Shown: piece after piece, positions 1-15,088 of the stretch
How the letters are laid out: every line of letters starts with the position of its first letter
Numbering within the stretch: the stretch's first letter is position 1
From: Schmidtea polychroa
Lineage: Eukaryota
NCBI GenBank assembly: GCA_044892525.1
Contig: CM097885.1
Location: forward strand, 44,580,001-44,644,000
Reading direction: 5' to 3'
DNA: 64,000 nt
Translations under genes and position numbers: made by a program
Notes under the pieces: generated by a model
The model's database searches: none
Seen by the model: the letters and a program-made list of their open reading frames with translations, nothing else
What the model was told of the DNA's origin: nothing

Positions 1-3000
1 GAATAATGACGTAGGACCTTCTATCGGCATTCTAGAACCCGAAAAGAAAATACAATGGGGAGTAGTTTTAGTAATAGAGCTCAACTGCTCATTTTTTTCG
101 CCTTTGTGTACAGTACCAACATGGTCGTCACCATGGGTACACAAATGGTTTAAGTACAATAGTCATGGAGGTGCTTAGGAAAGAGTCGAGGGAATACCTA
201 TGTTTACCTCTAGCGTATCTAAAATTTAAAATAACACACCCCTAAGTACCCAACAGTAAAACACTTTTTAACATGTAGTATTTGGTTAAACCCCTTTAGA
301 CTTTACTCCAACAATATAATTGATAGTATAGACCCTATACTATAGAGAAAAGTATATATTCTATTAAAATAGCAATAGGGTAATATAAAAAAAATAAAAT
401 AAATAGAAAAAAAATCCAAAAAAATGTATTTGTTTGACTACTCTAAAATCGAAATTATAGGAATAATGAACTGTGAAAAATATATTATATGTTCAATGAC
501 AAATTTTTAAAATATCAATCTTACCAAATAGTCGTAATTAAAATTGGATATCGACATTTTGTAATGTGTTTTTCTTATATGAGATATATGGTAAACATTT
601 CAAATTATGCTACTGATGATTTTATTCCCAGATAAATTGCTGGGAAAATGAATAAAAATGGCCTAATAAATATAAAAGCATTGTTAGTAATGAACAAAAT
701 GAACAATAATCCTTTTATTTATCATTTCAACGAGCGATATTTCCAAATGAACACGAAATTCATTATATCACAATAACTGGAATTATTAAATTTCATTGTA
801 AATTAAATTTTATAAATTAATTTTTTTATTTTCATTCTCTTTTCAAGAGGAATATAATTTTAGTCAAAATCTTTCTCCGGATAATTTTTAATTAAAATCA
901 TTGAAGTAATTTATAGCTATGGTTTCATTAATAAAATGGGTACTGAAATGAACAGTAATTAATGAGATTATAATCATTTTATTTTTAAATTATTTTAGGT
1001 ATAATTTTACGTATTTTTAAAATAATATTTCGTTTAAAATCGTAATTTCGTAATTATTAGAAAAATATTATTTAAAATATAAATAATAGTAATTTATTTA
1101 GTTAGTGGGGAAAATATTTCTAGTTCTTGAAAATCATGTTATTATTTTAATCTATATATTAATGATAAAGTTTATTTATTAATTATAAAAATTTTGATAA
1201 TAATATTCGTCAGAACGATGGATAATTCAACAGGTGAGATAAGATAAAATTTTAAGGACATTTTTATTAACGTCTACATGAATAATTTTATTGAAATATA
1301 TTATATTAATTAGTTTAAATCAATTCGTGATCTTTAAGCATTAAAACAAAAACTAAACAACATTGATAATGAGAAATTATAATTAAATTAACTGAACTAA
1401 TTTTTCAACTATTTTTATAATATTATAAACCTTGAAAATCTCTTGACATCTCTTGAGATAATCTTTTATTTACTTCTATACCTATTTCTCCTGAAATCTT
1501 ATAATGGTTCACATTTTTTATAAAATATTTAAAACAGATCAGCGTCATGTGGAACTTAAAGCAAACATTTGTGAAAATTCATCATTGAGTTATGCAAATT
1601 GTTACAATAGAATTGCATTTGATTTCTTCATTCATTTAAAATTTTTTAATGGATAAATCTAAGTATAAAATATATACTTCATATCATAATGTTTTCAAAA
1701 AATTTTTAATTTCGATACTGTGGTTACATTTTCAAATTAAAATTAAAATAATAGTAAAATAATAGTAAATTATTTCTAACAAAGTGATAACTCGCACGAA
1801 ATCTAGATCATCATTGATATTATCATTAGATTCATTGCCAGCCAAGTCTTTAAATGACTTCTTTTATTCATAGTAATGCCATTACTATACCATTTTTTTA
1901 CTAATTATTCATCCTTGAAAATAATGAAATATTTCAAGTTTAAATTGAACTATTTCTTGAACTTTCTGAAATATGTGAATAATAATAATTTTATCCTATA
2001 ATTCTTAACCGAGTTCAAATCGTCATCATAATTTAGCTACAAATCTATAGAAGTTCTGAACTCCCTTTCTTTCGTTCCTTCGTTTAATTTAATAATTTAA
2101 TTCGAAATAATCATCCTAACAATGAGTTTCTTTTACGACTGATTTTTATAAAGAACAACACAAACTGAAATACCGCATTGCAAAATATAAAAAAGATTTT
2201 ATAATGCGTCTTTGCAATATTTACTTACTAAGAAAAATGAACTCTTACTACTTACATACTATCGAACAGATTTTTTTATTAAATTCTGGAAATTTCACTT
2301 TTTAAATTTTATTTTAATTATTTACATAGATTTTAAAAGAATAATTAGTTCAAAAAACTAAAATTATTTTTAATTGTTAAATTTATTATTATCAAGATTT
2401 AAAAATGTATTACGTCAATTGTCCATAATTTTCTCTTTTAGCAATAACTTGAGAAATAACTTTCTAACAATAAATATTCAACACTGATATTTAATATTTA
2501 ATATTAAAACACTGATTTCTTTCTTCGATTTCCTCCAATAAATAATATTTTCTTATAAATATTATAAATATTATTTTCTTAAAATGGGTGTACTTTTTTC
2601 AGCAGGGGCAGTTTAGCGTTTGCTTGCATGTTTGTGCGTTTAAATTGGTAGATGTAGCTGCTAATGAATTTTCAGCACACAGAGGTTTTCGTTTCTTAAT
2701 ATAATTTTTACAGTAGTTACCTCGTTTAACATTAGTTAGTTCAATGTTATTTTCAATGTTATTTCCTTATCCTTAATGTAGATGATATTTTTGAGTCTTA
2801 AAGAATTAACTCAGTAAGATTTAATTGGAAACAGTGTAATAAAACAAAACAACTAACAAGATTAAAAGAAAGCAACCTAAAATATTTTGTTTTGAATCAA
2901 ATTATTTTCATGTATTAGACATTACTTATAATTGAAATTTGTTTATTAAATTTTATTTTCAAATACTTGCACTATTTATGCATTTTTAAGTCATACAAAT

Positions 3001-3981
3001 ATCACTAACCTACAAAATCATATTATTTTTCAATAAAACCCAAAACATTTATTTAACTATTTTAATTACAATAAACCTTTCCATGTATATACTAATAGAT
3101 TGGGGACTCACTTGATAATATAAAAAATAATTTAGAAAATTAAATAATTATTTATTTTCCGAAAGTAGAATTTTATTAAATGTCAAATTACTAATAAATT
3201 AAAAAAATATATTAAATTGTTGTTTACCAGTAAGATAATCTTTTCTATAAAATAAATCGTTACTTTTGTTTATATCAAGTAATAATTGTGTCGAGCAATA
3301 CATGGATATAATATTTGTTTGTTGAATATTTTGTAAATAGATCTATCAAAAAATAAATTGTTTGTCACTACTTAGAAAAAGGTCATCATTAATATTACGT
3401 AGGAAAGTGTTTATTCTTGTAATAAGCCGTTTGAACAGCAACATCGTCAGCTCATCACGTCATTAAAATATTATTGTTTTCGCGATTGTCTCAGAAAATA
3501 TACTTAAAAATAAAATTTTAAAATTTAAAAAAAAATAATTTGAATGTTCTGTCTAAATTTTGAGATGATTACCGATGAATATAGAAAAATAAAGTTTTTT
3601 CTTATTAATTTGAATCAATTTTTATTAGAAATAAAATAATTAAATATTTTTAACCTTCAAGTGGTGAGCTGCCCTAAAATTTATGACAAATCTAGTTGTT
3701 TTGTTTTGGAAGTTAAATTTCGGTTTTTTGTGAATGAAAAAATGAAATTTTAATTTTTATGCAAAAATTCATAAACTATCCAAAACAGGTCAGAAATTGT
3801 TTGTGAAGGTTATAGAATTTTTTTCAGTCTAGTAAATAATTTTTCAAAGCATTTAAAGTAAAAAACTAAATATTTTTGACTTTAAATGTTATCAAAACAA
3901 ACTTATTTTGAACAACTTAGTAACCTAATAAAGTCATTGACATGTTAAAGTTAGTTGTATTTTCATTTCATTTACGACCGT

Positions 3982-3983
<2 letters not shown>

Positions 3984-4031
<48 letters not shown>

Positions 4032-4050
4032 TAATAATAATAATAATAAA
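3984..4050. repeat. (AAT)n microsatellite
   Basis: Direct tandem AAT run. Confidence 0.95.
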
Positions 4051-4542
4051 ATATAATAAAAGCTGTATTAAAATGGAAATTTATAGTCTAAAGCTAATTG
4101 TAAATAAAAAAAATTCTAAAAGAATACTATTTTAATTAAAATTTCGCAATTTAAAAATATAAAATGTAAAAATAACAAAATATCAATTGTGCTAATAACA
4201 AATCACACGATTTGACCTTAAATAAACATAATACGGTAATTCTTTAAATTATGACAGAAATGTTATTTATTAATTCTAAATATGAAAAAAACCTCATTTT
4301 TATTAATTTAAAAAAATTCAAAATATAAACTTTTCAATAGTATAATGTTTTTTATTAAATAATAAATGACTGTTGTAAATTAGCAACCTATGTATTTTAT
4401 TAATTAGGAGAAAAATACAGAATAACTTGCAAAGTATTTGTGTTTTTATTAGAAGTTACTTCTACTTTGTAAGTAGAATATTTAAGAAATGTTATTTTAA
4501 TCATCTGTAATACTAATATTAATACTAATAATACTAATAATG

Positions 4543-4677
<135 letters not shown>

Positions 4678-7600
4678 TTAAGATTAATTAATTTTCAACA
4701 TTCGATATAAAGCCCTGTTTAATATTTATGTGTTTTCGATGAAAAAGATTAAAGATTTTACTGGTATCAGAATTATAGTTTATAAATGTTAATGTAGTAA
4801 TAATAATTGTAAATTTTAATATAATCAAATTTTATAACATTTTTAAAATTCAATCTATACAATATGTAAAAATATGAGTTAAAATTTGTATTAAAAATAC
4901 CAATATTAAAAAAGGCATTAATGAAGATGACAAAATGCCTGTTATTAATTGAAATTTTATTTAGTTTTCAACTCTTTGAAATCTTATCAAAAATATTTTT
5001 GTTTATGAATCTGCGGTTGATTCAATTAATTTAATTATCCTTATTTCCCGCACAGGTTTTATGCGGATTGGAAGCGTTTATTAGTGATCAGAATCGAGAC
5101 CGAAAACCCCAAAAAGCCCGTATGTCCATTTGGAAAGTTAATTAGATTGAAATAAATCAAATTTGACTTGACATCAATAAATGAAGAACAGGTTTGTTGA
5201 TAATGGCACATTTGGAATGATTTTTCGTTTTCGTTTTTCATGTCAGATAAGATTTCTTTTAATTCATTTCTGTTGAGATATGATTTTTGCATTAAAACCC
5301 GAATTTTACCGACGCGATTTAATCTCGAATTAATCTAATTCTTCATAATTGATGTTGTTTTTGCTAATAAAGGTCCAATTTATGGGAGAACTGTGTGAAA
5401 AAACTGCAAATAAGCTAGAAATCAGGCCGAGGCAATTTGGTAAGGTTAATTATGGAACATGGTAAAAAATAATTGACATTATGAAACAGGTGCAAATTGT
5501 AGCTCGTCTACTTATATTTTTATATAACAATATTAGAAATTCTCAAAAATTAGGTAATTATATTTATTATTAAAGTTAAAATTACATCAATCAATTTTTT
5601 AAAGAAAAATTATAAATGAATTTATAAATGTATCTTTTTTTAATTAATTTAGAAGATATTTTAAAGAATTAGCAAAAATAATAAATTTTAGTTTGTTTAG
5701 GAATTAAATTAAAAAATTTTTAAATTTTACGTTAAAGCAGATCTTGTGGATTTTAGCGTTGAATAAAATTTATTTTTATGAAAAAAATCCCTTACATTAA
5801 ATTAAATCATATCTGTAAGTATTAAAACAAACTGATTTTTTAATTGTCCTGAATTTTCAGACGTGCTCGACCAATGATATGTTAAAAAATAAATTTTACT
5901 TTAAAATCAAGAATGCGGTCAAAATATGAAATGATTTATAAATAGAAATGTTAGTTGTAATGGAATCACACTCATTTTCGTTATCCATTTTGAATTAATA
6001 AATAAATAAGTCCAAGTATAAAAAAATATATATTTCATAACATAATACTTTCAAACAAATTTTTCAAACCTTCATTTTGATGCACTGCTTAAATTTTTAA
6101 ATGCATATCAAGTATTCATAAAATATTATAACACATTTATAAATTAAAATAATCAAATTCATAAATCTATAATAAATTTAAAATTAAAAATCAAAATATT
6201 AAAATTTAAAAGTCATTAAAATTAAAATTTCAGCCAACAAAATTTTAAATTTAAATAACATTTTTAAAATTTTAAAATTTAAAACTGTAATTCTTAATAC
6301 TTTCTCTCACAATAATAAAACAACTAATGCTTATAGACATTTAATTTTCTATTAACACCTGCTTGGGACATCTGGGCAAGTATTTCTGAGGTTATCTCAC
6401 CTGACATCCACAGCATGACCTGAAAAATTGCATTAAACCTACCTTAACTGGCTCTTAACTTTCATCAATCATCGTTGGGATTGAAACTTATCCCTATCAT
6501 ATAGTGATTCTCGAAATTTCCTCGCATATGGGCGGCGTTATTAACATTAATTTGAGAATTTGCATCATCTTTAGCATTTCTAGTCGGCCTACTAACTGAC
6601 ATAATTTGATCCCTTTGAACATTTATTTCCACGGAGGCTGATATCTCATCTTCAATATTGAACTTCTCCACGACTTGAGTAGCACATTTAACAGCTTGTA
6701 ATCAGCCATGTCTGCTTTTCTCGAACTGTCACACATTTTTTTAAAAAATACATAACAAATTTCTAGAGCAAGAAACACAATTTTACAAAGATTTATTTGA
6801 ATATCACACTAAGATAATAATAGTCATTGATAGAAAGTTTGATTTCAATATAACACAAAGATGTTACATTATTAGACGTTCCAAAAATAAAAACAATCCA
6901 CTCCAAAATATTCATATAATTACAACGCACACAGACACGAATGAACACACAAAAAAACTAGTTAAACTAGATCAGCTGAAACAACTAAGTTAAACACATA
7001 AACAATTCTTCTTCTCCGTCAGTTGATTAGACACGGGTATTGGGATCATTTTCATTTACAATACCATTTACAATTTTGCCGGCCTGAAACCATTCTTCGA
7101 GCGTTCTCTTGAAATGAAATTAAAGATTGACACTATCTATTCACATATGGCAGTATATGATACCTTTCATATCTTGCAAGTGTTAGTAAATGTGTTTGAT
7201 TTATTAATTTTTCAATATCTTATATACTTTATAAAATTGCAATCCGTAATGATAATAAACATCATAAATATCACAAGATTTCGCACAAAATATTTGTTTA
7301 AATCACAAAAGATTAAGTACTTTCTCTCTAAATTAATGTTTTCTAAGAGGTTGATATCTGCTTTTATTTAATCTTTTATTTAATTTAATCTGCTTTATGA
7401 TTGATATTTTTTTTCAAAATTATGTCACCAGACCCTTTTAAAACTTTTATCACTTTTCCATTATGTGCTTTCTTTTCACTAAAATCTTTGTTTCTGAAAG
7501 TTATTTTAGTTTAAGCAATTTGTTCAAACAACTAGTAATAACGAATGATTTTAATGCATCTTCTTTCAAATAAATCGAAGCAGACTCATGTATCAAAAAC

Positions 7601-7799
7601 AATTTTGAAGCAAAAATATTCACATACCTCTTGCCAAACTTTACTAACTCATTATATAAAAAAGATTCATTAATTCAAAGTTTTCAGCTGACGTTGTTGA
7701 TATATTTAAGTTTTAAACATTTTTTACTTTCTACCGTGCGATTTCCGGAATTTCAAAACTCATTTGAACTTCGTTAGTATTACTCACGTCTTAATTTTA

Positions 7800-7825
7800 C
7801 CCTAACCCTAACCCCTAACCCTAAC
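7800..7825 (-). repeat. Short interstitial telomere-like (TTAGGG)n tract, about 4 units
   Basis: CCCTAACCCTAACCCCTAACCCTAAC on the + strand. Confidence 0.7.
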
Positions 7826-8337
7826 ACCTGTTGAAACCTTTCAAATTTGCAATATTCATAAATGTAGCAATAACCTTGGTAAATTTTATTTATTTTCGTT
7901 ACAACTATAGATCAAATTTCTTTGCATAGGCGAATTAAGCATCCGCTTAGGTCACCAAATTTTAGAAACAAAATTAGAAAATTTTTTAAAACAATAATTC
8001 TTTATCTAAAAAGTGTTTTCGAACTAATAAAACATTAATATATTAATGAAAAGCCTTTAAAAATGATTATTTACGCAAACTGTTTTGTATAATGTCATTT
8101 AGACATATTTCTCAAACTTTACGGTCTGCGCAAAAGAGGTGACCTTCTATATGACTCCCTAGGAGCCTCACATGGTTTGGTTATATGTACATTTTGTTGG
8201 TTATAAACATTTGAATTATAAATAATAAATCCTACAAAACATTTCCGACAACATTATATTATATATAGAAAAAGAATTCATTGGCAAATCAATGAAAAAT
8301 AGATCTTATGAAGTCTTAATAGATGAAATTTTAAATA

Positions 8338-9733
8338 CCGTATTTTTCGGACCATAAGGCGTAATTATAAGGCGTAATATCATTAATCGACTGCTAACGG
8401 TTTTATTTTCATATTTAAGGCACACCGAGTTATAAGGCGCACACATTAAATGACACAAAACTCCGATAAATCAAACTTTATTCAACTTCATTCAACTCTT
8501 TCACAATAACTCTCAAAATTGTTCAGTGTTACACACATAAAATACAAAACAATACACTGACTTTTTTGGTTTATTCTATTCCTCTACCAAAAATCTATCA
8601 AATTCTTCATTTTCAGTGTCTGAGTTTACCAGTTGGACGATTTCGGCATCAAGCATGCCCGGATCCTTCTTATCATCATTATCATTATCAGAGTCAGTCT
8701 CATTGCTGTTACATATCTGTTCAGTGATGATTCCGGCCTTCCTGAAAGCTCGGATGACACTGGAGACTGATACCTTCCCTAGGTATCCACGATCCACTGG
8801 AGGATAGTGGCGTAACTTGCCCGGCGTTGCCTTCCTGTCTTGGTGAATATGTGTTCACCTTTTGTCATCCAGTGCTCCCACGCAGCTCACAATGGAGTCA
8901 CAGATCAATAGGGAAGGAGATTTGTGGAAAAAGCCATCCGCTCTTCTGACGTAAACCTCGCTCAACCACTCACTCATCTTCTCCTCGTCTATCTAGCCCT
9001 TTTGGTTTTTTATCAGTTAGCTTTTAAAATGACGCCAAGCGGAAACGTTTCTTTTGGCAAAGTCTTCCTCTTGAAAATTACCATGGGTGGTAGTTTTTGG
9101 CCATAGACTGGGAACCGAGAACTACAGTGAAGGATGACTTCTCATTTTCTGTAGTACTGGTCCTCGTTTTCTCAACAGTACGGTTTACGGGGATATAAAA
9201 AGTAAGGGGGACCTCGTCCATGTTAGTGATGTGTTCTGGTCGGAACTTCTTTTCATTGATCTTGGTATTGCAGTAGGTGTGGAAAATGGCCAGCTTTTCT
9301 TCATAATCCTTTGGCAATTGCTGTGAAATATTAGTTCTTGTGCGGATGGAGAGATTACGTCAAGAGGGGCCTCCTCGAAAATCGTTGATCTCCATGTCCG
9401 TGCTATCACTGTTGCTTTGAGTCGAATAGAGAACGTAGAGACGCTTCTATCTGCGATTCTCTGTTCAATAACCCACTGTTCAATTTTTTCTTCTAAATAT
9501 GACCATCCCGCTTTGTTCTCTCGGAAACTAAGTTTGGTCTTCTTTACCTAGCGCAGGACATCTTCTTGCTTCCACCACTTCCGTACCATTGATTCATAAT
9601 GTTGAATTCTCTCACAGCTGCTCTATTTCCATGTTGTACTCCGTGACTAATAGCGTTGAATTTTAAATCTGCTTCATAAGCAAGTTTCTTAACAAGAGCC
9701 ATTTTTTGGGCAGTGGGTATAGAAAACTAATTT

Positions 9734-9737
<4 letters not shown>
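8338..9737 (-). mobile_element. Degenerate pogo/Tigger-type DNA transposon with a broken transposase
   Basis: TA followed by a CCGTATTTTTCGGACCATAAGGCG terminus at 8338. Minus-strand fragments from ATG ~9702 read as a Brinker-like DNA-binding start (HGNRAAVREFN), ITNMDEVPL (first catalytic D of pogo DDE_1), IRAFRKAGI and an acidic tail, with several frameshifts and stops. Second TIR not seen. Confidence 0.8.
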
Positions 9738-9764
<27 letters not shown>

Positions 9765-9817
9765 ATAAATTATTAGACGAAGAGCACTTTTAAATGCTCC
9801 AATATAGGCGGCTTTAT

Positions 9818-9820
<3 letters not shown>

Positions 9821-9907
<87 letters not shown>
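9821..9907. repeat. (TA)n microsatellite
   Basis: Direct TA run. Confidence 0.95.
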
Positions 9908-9908
<1 letters not shown>

Positions 9909-9930
9909 CCTATATCAGGATTATTATAAT

Positions 9931-10078
9931 AACTTTTATTTCTTCCAATTTTACCACTGATTATTTTTTCCATTGAATTTATTAAAAAGAGAGTTTGAAG
10001 ATTATAAATCAGTGATATATCGATGTTTATTGATACTCACGAATTTTCAGCATTGCCTTTTTTTTCAAGTGAAATTCA
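9931..10078. repeat. Dispersed non-coding repeat family, with further copies near 14106-14185, 32475-32630 and 42590-42760
   Basis: Shared blocks such as GATACTCACGAATTTTC(A/G)GCA and CCACTGATTATTTTTTCCATTGAATTTATT recur in both orientations. Confidence 0.7.
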
Positions 10079-10310
10079 AGTAGGGTAACACGTAGACCCG
10101 GGAACAAAGACATAAGACGTCATCCATGACGTAACAAAGGCATACCCCGAGAGCTCCTCCCTTAGAGGGAAGAAGGTCAACTTAAAGCCATAGGGAATTT
10201 TAAGGTCACAGTAAGGTCAACATAAGGTCAAATTTTAGGGCCAATGTCATTCTGAGGACAGGTTAAGGTCAAATTCTGGGGTCAACGTCAATTTTAGGTC
10301 ATTTTAAGGT

Positions 10311-10598
10311 CAAAGACATTTTAAACAAAAACATATGACTCATCATTTTAAACAAAGACATATGATTAATAATTTTACGGAACAAAGACATATGACTCAT
10401 ATTTTGAATTTCCAAAGGTCAAATAAGGTCAGACCTTCAACCAAGGGTTTCATTCAAAGACATTTTAAACAAAAACATATGACTCATCATTTTAAACAAA
10501 GACATATGATTAATAATTTTACGGAACAAAGACATATGACTCATATTTTGAATTTCCAAAGGTCAAATAAGGTCAGACCTTCAACCAAGGGTTTCATT
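10311..10598 (+). repeat. Tandem duplication of a 144-bp unit
   Basis: CAAAGACATTTTAAACAAAAACATATGACTC...CAAGGGTTTCATT begins at both 10311 and 10455. Confidence 0.9.
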
Positions 10599-10666
10599 CG
10601 AAAGGTCTTGAAGAGCTCTATCCTCTACCCTCGACCGATTATTATTATAAAAATTATTATTATCAA

Positions 10667-10783
<117 letters not shown>

Positions 10784-11165
10784 AAAGTATTATTAAATTC
10801 TGACCAATTAAAATCAATGAAGTGGTAGGACAAAAAATAAATACATTACGTTGCGGTATTTTAAAACTAAATATATTTTAAAAACACATTTTGACGCCAT
10901 TTTCATCATTTTAAACATTTTCATAATTTTCAAAATATTATTTTCAAAGTATTATTATTATTATTTTATTATTATTGTCATTTGCAAAGTTACTTTCAAA
11001 GTATTATTATTTTCAAAGCTCTTTTGATTATTATTAATATTTTAAAGTTCTTATTATTTTATTTTCGAAGTTTCATTATTTACTTTAGTAATCATAAAAC
11101 TTAATTCCCAAATCAATTTCATGATTTTTAATATTTTCATTAGTTGCATGAATATTTTCATAAAA

Positions 11166-11241
<76 letters not shown>

Positions 11242-12398
11242 TTCTGTCTTGGTGTTTTAGTAGAACATTATGAGGGAATACAAGGTCCACTGGAATTATA
11301 TATGGCTCCATCACTTAGTATATCATTAACCAATCAATGAAACTTACAATTTGTGATATGTTGTTGCGCCATCCAATCGGAATTCATTCATGTGATAAAC
11401 ACCCACCATTTCACATACCAAGCCAATGAAACAAAAGATAAATTGAGTATTTTTGCACAATAAATACTTTCAAAATATTATATTTTAAATTTATTGATTT
11501 TATTATTATAAATATATTTAACAATACCATACAATTTAAGAAAAACATGATTATTTAGAATCCAGATAGCAAATGTTTAGGCCATATAGTGAAAAATACA
11601 TGGTTATTTGAAATATATAGCAATTTCTTATGTAAAATATCTACAGACAAATTTACCAATTTAGTTAGAAATCCATGATTTTTTTGGCTGTACCATTTAA
11701 TTAAAATATTCCAGAATTCATAACAATTTTTTTATATAGTTGATAGTAATACAAATTATTTCAATTATTTAACTAGAAACCTATTTAGGATAATATTTAA
11801 TATGATTAATTGGGGGATAATTTCGAATAAAATTTATAGGATAATTTTTTGTGACTAGTTTAGGAACTAATTAACAATTTCAGGTCATTAATGTATAATT
11901 TATATTGAGGAAAATATTTAACAAATTCAGAGATTTTTTATACCTTTCTGCAAAACATCATTATTTAGTAAATTCTTATGATATTTAGCAAGAAACATGT
12001 TCATTTGAGTAACATTCAGAAAATTTATATTCAATTTATGTTTGATAGAAAAACATGATTATTTAAGAAATCAATTCATATTAAAAACAAGATCATTTAA
12101 GGTATCATTCAGTAAAATATTTAAGTAACTGAATTCTTAGGTTAATTTATGAATATCAGTATTTTGATATATACAACAAATTAATCAATAAAGACCATTT
12201 GGGTAGCATATTGTAAGTTCTTATATACTCTGAGTTTATCCGACAACATATTCTGTCACACTATGGGTATTGCTAGCAAGGGTACTGGTCACATTCAACT
12301 TGTCGCAAGGGTATATTAATTTATAAATTAAGAAACATGTATATCATTTTTAAATTCTTAGACAATTTAGTGAGAAATGGATGATCATTTGGGTAATA

Positions 12399-13300
12399 CA
12401 CCAAACACCACTGAGATGCATTTCCTATAATATAACAAAAAAATCAATAATCTTACATTATAGAAACATACATACTTACTTTGATTTCACGTTGATGTTC
12501 TCATTTATAGCTCAATGAGATGATGTATATTATAGAAATCTGAAAAGTGGAAGGAAAATTAAAAAATGCACACAAGCACAACACATGATAAAAAACACAT
12601 ACAAACTTTTGATTCGTAAAATTGTAACGATGAGATACGTTTCTATAATAGTTCTATTTTAGACAATTTTTAGAAAAAAAAGATCGTTGAAAATTTTTTA
12701 AATAATATTTTTAATGAAAATATCAAGAGCAGATGAATTTGGTTCAAAATCTTTTTACTCCAGATTTGATTTCCTTTAAGAATCCCCTCATATTGAGCTC
12801 AGAAAAAAAATTACAAAAATTAAAAAAATTATTCTAATCAGCGATTTTTCCCAAAATGTTTTAAAAAAATACATTGATTGATTTATTTATTTAATTAATT
12901 ATAATTAAAAATATATCGGACTCACATTTTTTCGAAATAATTCCAAAATACTTTAATAAAAGACATAAAATTCCTAAAAAAAAGCCTGAAAATTAATTAA
13001 AAATAATTTATAATTATATTGTTGATTAAAAGTAATATTTAAGAACTTGAATAATGATCTCATATCTCATATGGATCAAAATTCAAGTCTTAAAATTTAC
13101 TTTAAATTTAATATCTTACCTGAAAACCATTTCTAAAATGGCTAAAATAAATTTCATTATGTAAAACATACGTTAAACAAATTACTGACAACTTTGCTCA
13201 ACAACAATTTATCATCAACATCAGTATAAAATTGGTAAGTGAGCAATCACTCTACACGCAAACCACCACTATAGAGAACGTATCTCAGTGGTGTTTGGTG
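12399..13300. mobile_element. TA-flanked MITE (Tc1/mariner type) nested in the foldback element
   Basis: Perfect 19-bp TIR CACCAAACACCACTGAGAT / ATCTCAGTGGTGTTTGGTG with TA on both sides. Internal sequence is shared (inverted) with 60080-61036. Confidence 0.85.
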
Positions 13301-14182
13301 TATATCAGAAATTCGCGAATAATTAGAATATTTTAAATGTAACTTACCGAATTCTTATTTCGGGCGACTAATTTATTGGTTAACTTTGTCATTTTTAGTC
13401 ATTTAAAATAATATTTAGCAAAAGGTAATTTATTCATCTAATGTTCGTGACAAGTTATTATAATTTATATAACTTCGTGAGAAATACATGGTCATTAATA
13501 ACAACATATATTCATTGATAATTTTGGTAGAAATTCTTTATCATTTAGAGTAAATTTGTTCGAGGCAAAAATATTTAAAGGAGTCAGAGTTATAATAGAA
13601 ACATGAAAATGTTGAAAATTATGAAAATATTTATTCAAATGATGAAAATGTTAAAAATCATGAAATTGATGTGGAAATTAAGTTTTATGAATATTTAAGT
13701 AAATAATGAAACTTCGAAAATAAAATAATAAGAACTTTGAAAATAACTTTGGAAATGGCAATAATAATAAAATAATAATAATATTAATAATAATAATAAT
13801 ACTTTGAAAATAATATTTTGAAAATATTGAAAATTATGAAAATGATGAAAATGCCGTTAAAATGTGTTTTTAAAATATATTTAAGTTTTAAAATACCGCA
13901 ACGTAATGTATTTATTTTTTGTCCTACCCCTTCATTGATTTTAATTGGTCAGAATTTAATAATACTTTGTAATAATAATAATAATATTATGTCTTTGTTC
14001 CGTTAAATGATTATTCATGTCTTTATTACGTCATATGTTTATATTACGTCTTATGTCTTTGTCACGTCATATGTCTTTGTTCCCGGCTCCACATGTTACC
14101 TTACTAATTGCCGAAAATTCGTGAGTATCAACAAACATATTTATATTACTAACTTTTGATCTTCAAACTCTTTTTGTAATAA

Positions 14183-14250
<68 letters not shown>

Positions 14251-15088
14251 AGAAAGCGCCTTTTAACTTTATATTTCGACAAGTGTGCAAGTTGAGTCAG
14301 AGATAACCAACAAATGTTTACAAATCAAATGGTTTTGGTTTTCAGATGATCTACTACATGAGTCAGCAATCTATGGCACGCGGTGGAGTTGTCAAAGGGA
14401 TTTTATGTTGTTTGTTTTATAATTAAATATATTTCAAAAAATAATTTTGGGATCAAATTATTTTCATAAAGAACTGTATTATTTAATATGACAGACATAA
14501 ACCATTACTTATTTATAAAAAGAAATAAAGTGGTACCCTGAATTAAATGACAGAGTGGATTGACACATCACATCAAAAAGGTTTGCGATCCCTGACCTAC
14601 TGAATAAAATAAAATTATTTACCAATATAAATTGCATTTATTCACTTTTGAAATAAAGAAAATGTTTATTTGTAATAATTATTTAAAAACCCAACATATT
14701 TATTAATCTCCTATACACTTACAATTTCACCACATGTTTCTTCCATGCCATACATATAGTCAGACAGTCCAATATTACCATTTTCTGTCCTACTCCAGTT
14801 CAACATAATAAATATATTTATACGACAATTAGTGAACCTCAAATTCTTTACTAGTTTTGAAAAGATAAAAATAGTAAACAGATTTTTAAAAAATTAAAAT
14901 GTTCACTAAGTTTAGAATATTCAAAATTAAAATCACAAGTCAGATATGTTGCCTCACTTTTCCCCGTCTTACTACCTACAGTTTCTAAGCCAAATGATTT
15001 AATGAAATCTCTGGAAAATGTATCAGAAACTATTAGAGAACATGAGAAAAAAAACAGAATTCGTCTTTCTGATAATGTAAATCGAATC

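Noticed and set aside
5055..5450. Possible host exon(s) near 5059-5292
   Set aside because: Slightly GC-richer with a possible acceptor, but no recognisable protein or consistent exon chain on either strand.
10311..10598. CRISPR-like repeat array
   Set aside because: A plain tandem duplication without unique spacers, in a eukaryotic context.
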